64,000 nt of DNA from a virus. Lineage: Duplodnaviria; Caudoviricetes. The stretch lies in IMG/VR virus record IMGVR_UViG_3300031998_000006, positions 32,001 to 96,000 of that record, one strand, 5' to 3'. The notes under the pieces are model-generated. The model ran no database searches. It was not told the origin of the DNA and saw only the letters and a program-made list of their open reading frames with translations. The position numbers and the translations under genes were made by a program. The stretch's first letter is position 1. Each line of letters opens with the position of its first letter. Positions 61,716 through 64,000 of the stretch are shown here, piece by piece.

Positions 61716-62796
61716 TTATTGTCGGCGAATCATCCGCTTCCTTATCACGGATTTCAGCGAGGGATGGAGCTTCGCCCCGCACTTCGGGCAATAGGATATG
61801 GGGATGCAGATGCCCGTGGTGTCGCCATCCCCGGCATAGAGTTCCACGGCTATCTCTCCGCGGTCCGTTATCCTAGCTTCCCTAGGCTCAAGCCACGACC
61901 CTTCGTCCACGAGGTACTTGCCACCCTTGCAGTATTCGCATCCCTTCCTAGCCATATCAAAACCCCCACACTCCACGAATCCAGGCTATCCAGAACCACA
62001 CCAAGTACATCAGCCCAGCCAAGAACACTAGGACGTAGAGAATCTGCCACAGGCATCCGTGTACGGAATCCCCGCACCCGTCCAAGCAGTAGAGGATGCA
62101 GAACACCGCGACCGCAAGTAGCATCTGTTCACGGCTTATGCCCTCCACCTCCATCCCGAAGAGGTAGAAGAGTGTCAGCAAGCCTATCGTTGCGAATACG
62201 CTGAACCTTCCCATATCCCTATCCCCCACACATCATCCTACAGCCACTAGCCATCAGCCACACGAAGTAGACGCACCCTAGAACCATCGCAAGGGCGTAG
62301 TAGCCAAATACTCCTTTCTCCATAGCGTAGTCAGCCACGCCATCCCTAGAAAGCCACAGAAGTAGGGCTATGTCAACCACGCCCAATGCTATCGGTGTGT
62401 AATCGGTAAACACCATCACAATATCCTCTAACCGCATCTCTCGCTCTCCTTCTGGCATCGCCAACCCACGGACATCCATCTAGCCACATTGTCATCGGCA
62501 TACGGGTACGTGGGAAATGTTCCACCGTTGTAGTCGAGGGCAACGGATTCAGCCCAGTTCCTTATGGCACGGTACATCGCTTTCCTGTATCGGGCGGCAA
62601 GCATCCGGGAGTCCTTGTCCTTCGTGAGTTCGAGGATGTGCCGGTACCGCTCCGCTCGTCTGTAGTGGATTCCGATTTTGCGGAGCAGTTCCGTGTTTTC
62701 CGCTATCAGCTTCTCGTACATCATCTTGTAGTATTCAAGGCTGTGTTCCCTTGAATCCATAACGTTCGCCAGGGCTTCGTCTTCGTTTGTGGGCAT
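61716..62796 (-). CDS. Minus-strand cluster of short genes (61716-~61953, 61957-62229, 62219-~62440, 62428-62796), two of them hydrophobic
   Basis: Consecutive - strand ORFs; the first has CEYC...CPKC and converges on the + strand block. Confidence 0.6.
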
Positions 62797-63034
62797 AGTA
62801 GATATTTCCTTATATTTAGATAAAGTATTATATAATAGGTTGTATGGAATATGGCAGATAAAGTGTTATATTAGTCTGTATGTATTAACTTGTGCGAAAT
62901 CGGTAGGTAGAGATTTTCGGGAGTGCGTGGGGAGCGAGGGGGTGGGGGACTTTGTTCCTCCCCACCCATATAACAGAATATCGGATATAACAAGTTATCA
63001 GCCACAAGTAACAAGCCATCCGTTCCGGTAGGGA

Positions 63035-63964
63035 TTAGTGCCACTCGCACCCGGCAACATAGGCGTTCGTATCTTCCGTGTCTATACCTAGTTCATAGGT
63101 GTCGAAGAGCCTATCGGACGCTATGGCTGCGGAGAGTGCATTGTACAGGGTGTCCAGTTGCGGACGGGTAAGGATGAACTTTCGGAGAGATACGGATTCA
63201 TAGTTTTCGCAGGAATGGGATTCGGCGTCCTTGACGGGGATGGAGAAGGGGTGGTCGGTGACTTCGGGGTTTTCATGGCACACGATGACGTCGCCCGTAC
63301 CTAGCGGAACGATGGAGCAGTGACGGCAGTGTAGGCAATTTTGTGAGGTCATAGGGGATGTACTCCTAGGGTATTGGGTGGGATATAACTTGCTATCTAG
63401 CGGATTGGTTTGTGGGTGGCGTAGTTGGGTAGCCAGATGCTAGAGTCCGAGTGGATGCGGAATAGGAAGCTACGGCAGGAGTGGCATAGTGGCACGGAGT
63501 CGAGGTTGGAGATATATGCGAGGGGGTTTCCGCACTGGGAGCAGGGCTTGAGGGATAGGTATAGAGTCATAGCAATAGTAGGTGGTAGACACAGTAGATT
63601 GATGAAGAGATAAAGGCGATTAGTAGTACGATAACCGGTAGTAGGAAGCATAGCGAAAACAGAATCCATGCACGACGCTCAAAATTTCGGACGATTAGGT
63701 GTGTCATAGTGGATGTCATCAGGTCAAGGAGCGGAGGTATTCCTTTCCAAGCACTCCGCATAGCCGCTGGTCGTAAAGAGTGCATTCGTCAGCCCATAGG
63801 ATGTTGCCGTGGGCGCGGACATATAGGACGGGTCTGTTCTTGTCCAGAACTACGAGGACTCCCCCGCTCCGTGCCATCCGTTTGAAACGCCGATTGGAGC
63901 GGTAGAGCGAGTATAGGGAACGGAACGGTCCGGAATCTGGGATGATGAAATTTTGAGGGGTCAT
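63035..63964 (-). CDS. Minus-strand short genes (63035-63352 Cys-rich; 63719-63964 and others)
   Basis: ORFs with plausible composition; function unknown. Confidence 0.5.
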
Positions 63965-64000
63965 AGAGGGTTATTCCCAAGGAAGTTTCATCAGCGGGAT

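Noticed and set aside
1-64000. tRNA or rRNA genes, an alternative genetic code, and host assignment
   Set aside because: I recognised no cloverleaf or rRNA. ORFs are intact in the standard code, with TAA, TAG and TGA all used as stops. Codon style alone cannot identify the host.

Overview
This is a 64-kb segment of a large T4-like (myovirus-type) phage genome, almost all on the + strand up to ~61.5 kb and on the - strand after that. The structural region (0.9-34.7 kb) has a gp21-like prohead protease (8385), a scaffold (12931), a gp23-like major capsid protein (13519), tail sheath and tube (26413, 28702), and hub/chaperone, tape-measure-like and baseplate-type genes. From 35 to 56 kb are short early-type genes behind a repeated TTGACA-16/17-TATATT promoter. 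The 56-64 kb region is compositionally skewed and repeat-rich, with two HNH-like genes. The window also holds six tnpB-family genes, one tnpA and a tnpB-less mini element. Three observations stand out. (1) Seven head-region proteins share a 10-residue leader ending at Glu10, like the T4 capsid-targeting sequence. (2) Larger acidic proteins look like unrelated small modules joined by a recurring ESKKSE linker; with (1), this suggests a capsid-packaged cargo library released by the prohead protease. (3) One TnpB appears to lack a left end, and its predicted guide matches the first codons of the downstream tail-operon gene next to a TTTAC motif. All function calls come from reading motifs by eye; no database searches were run.
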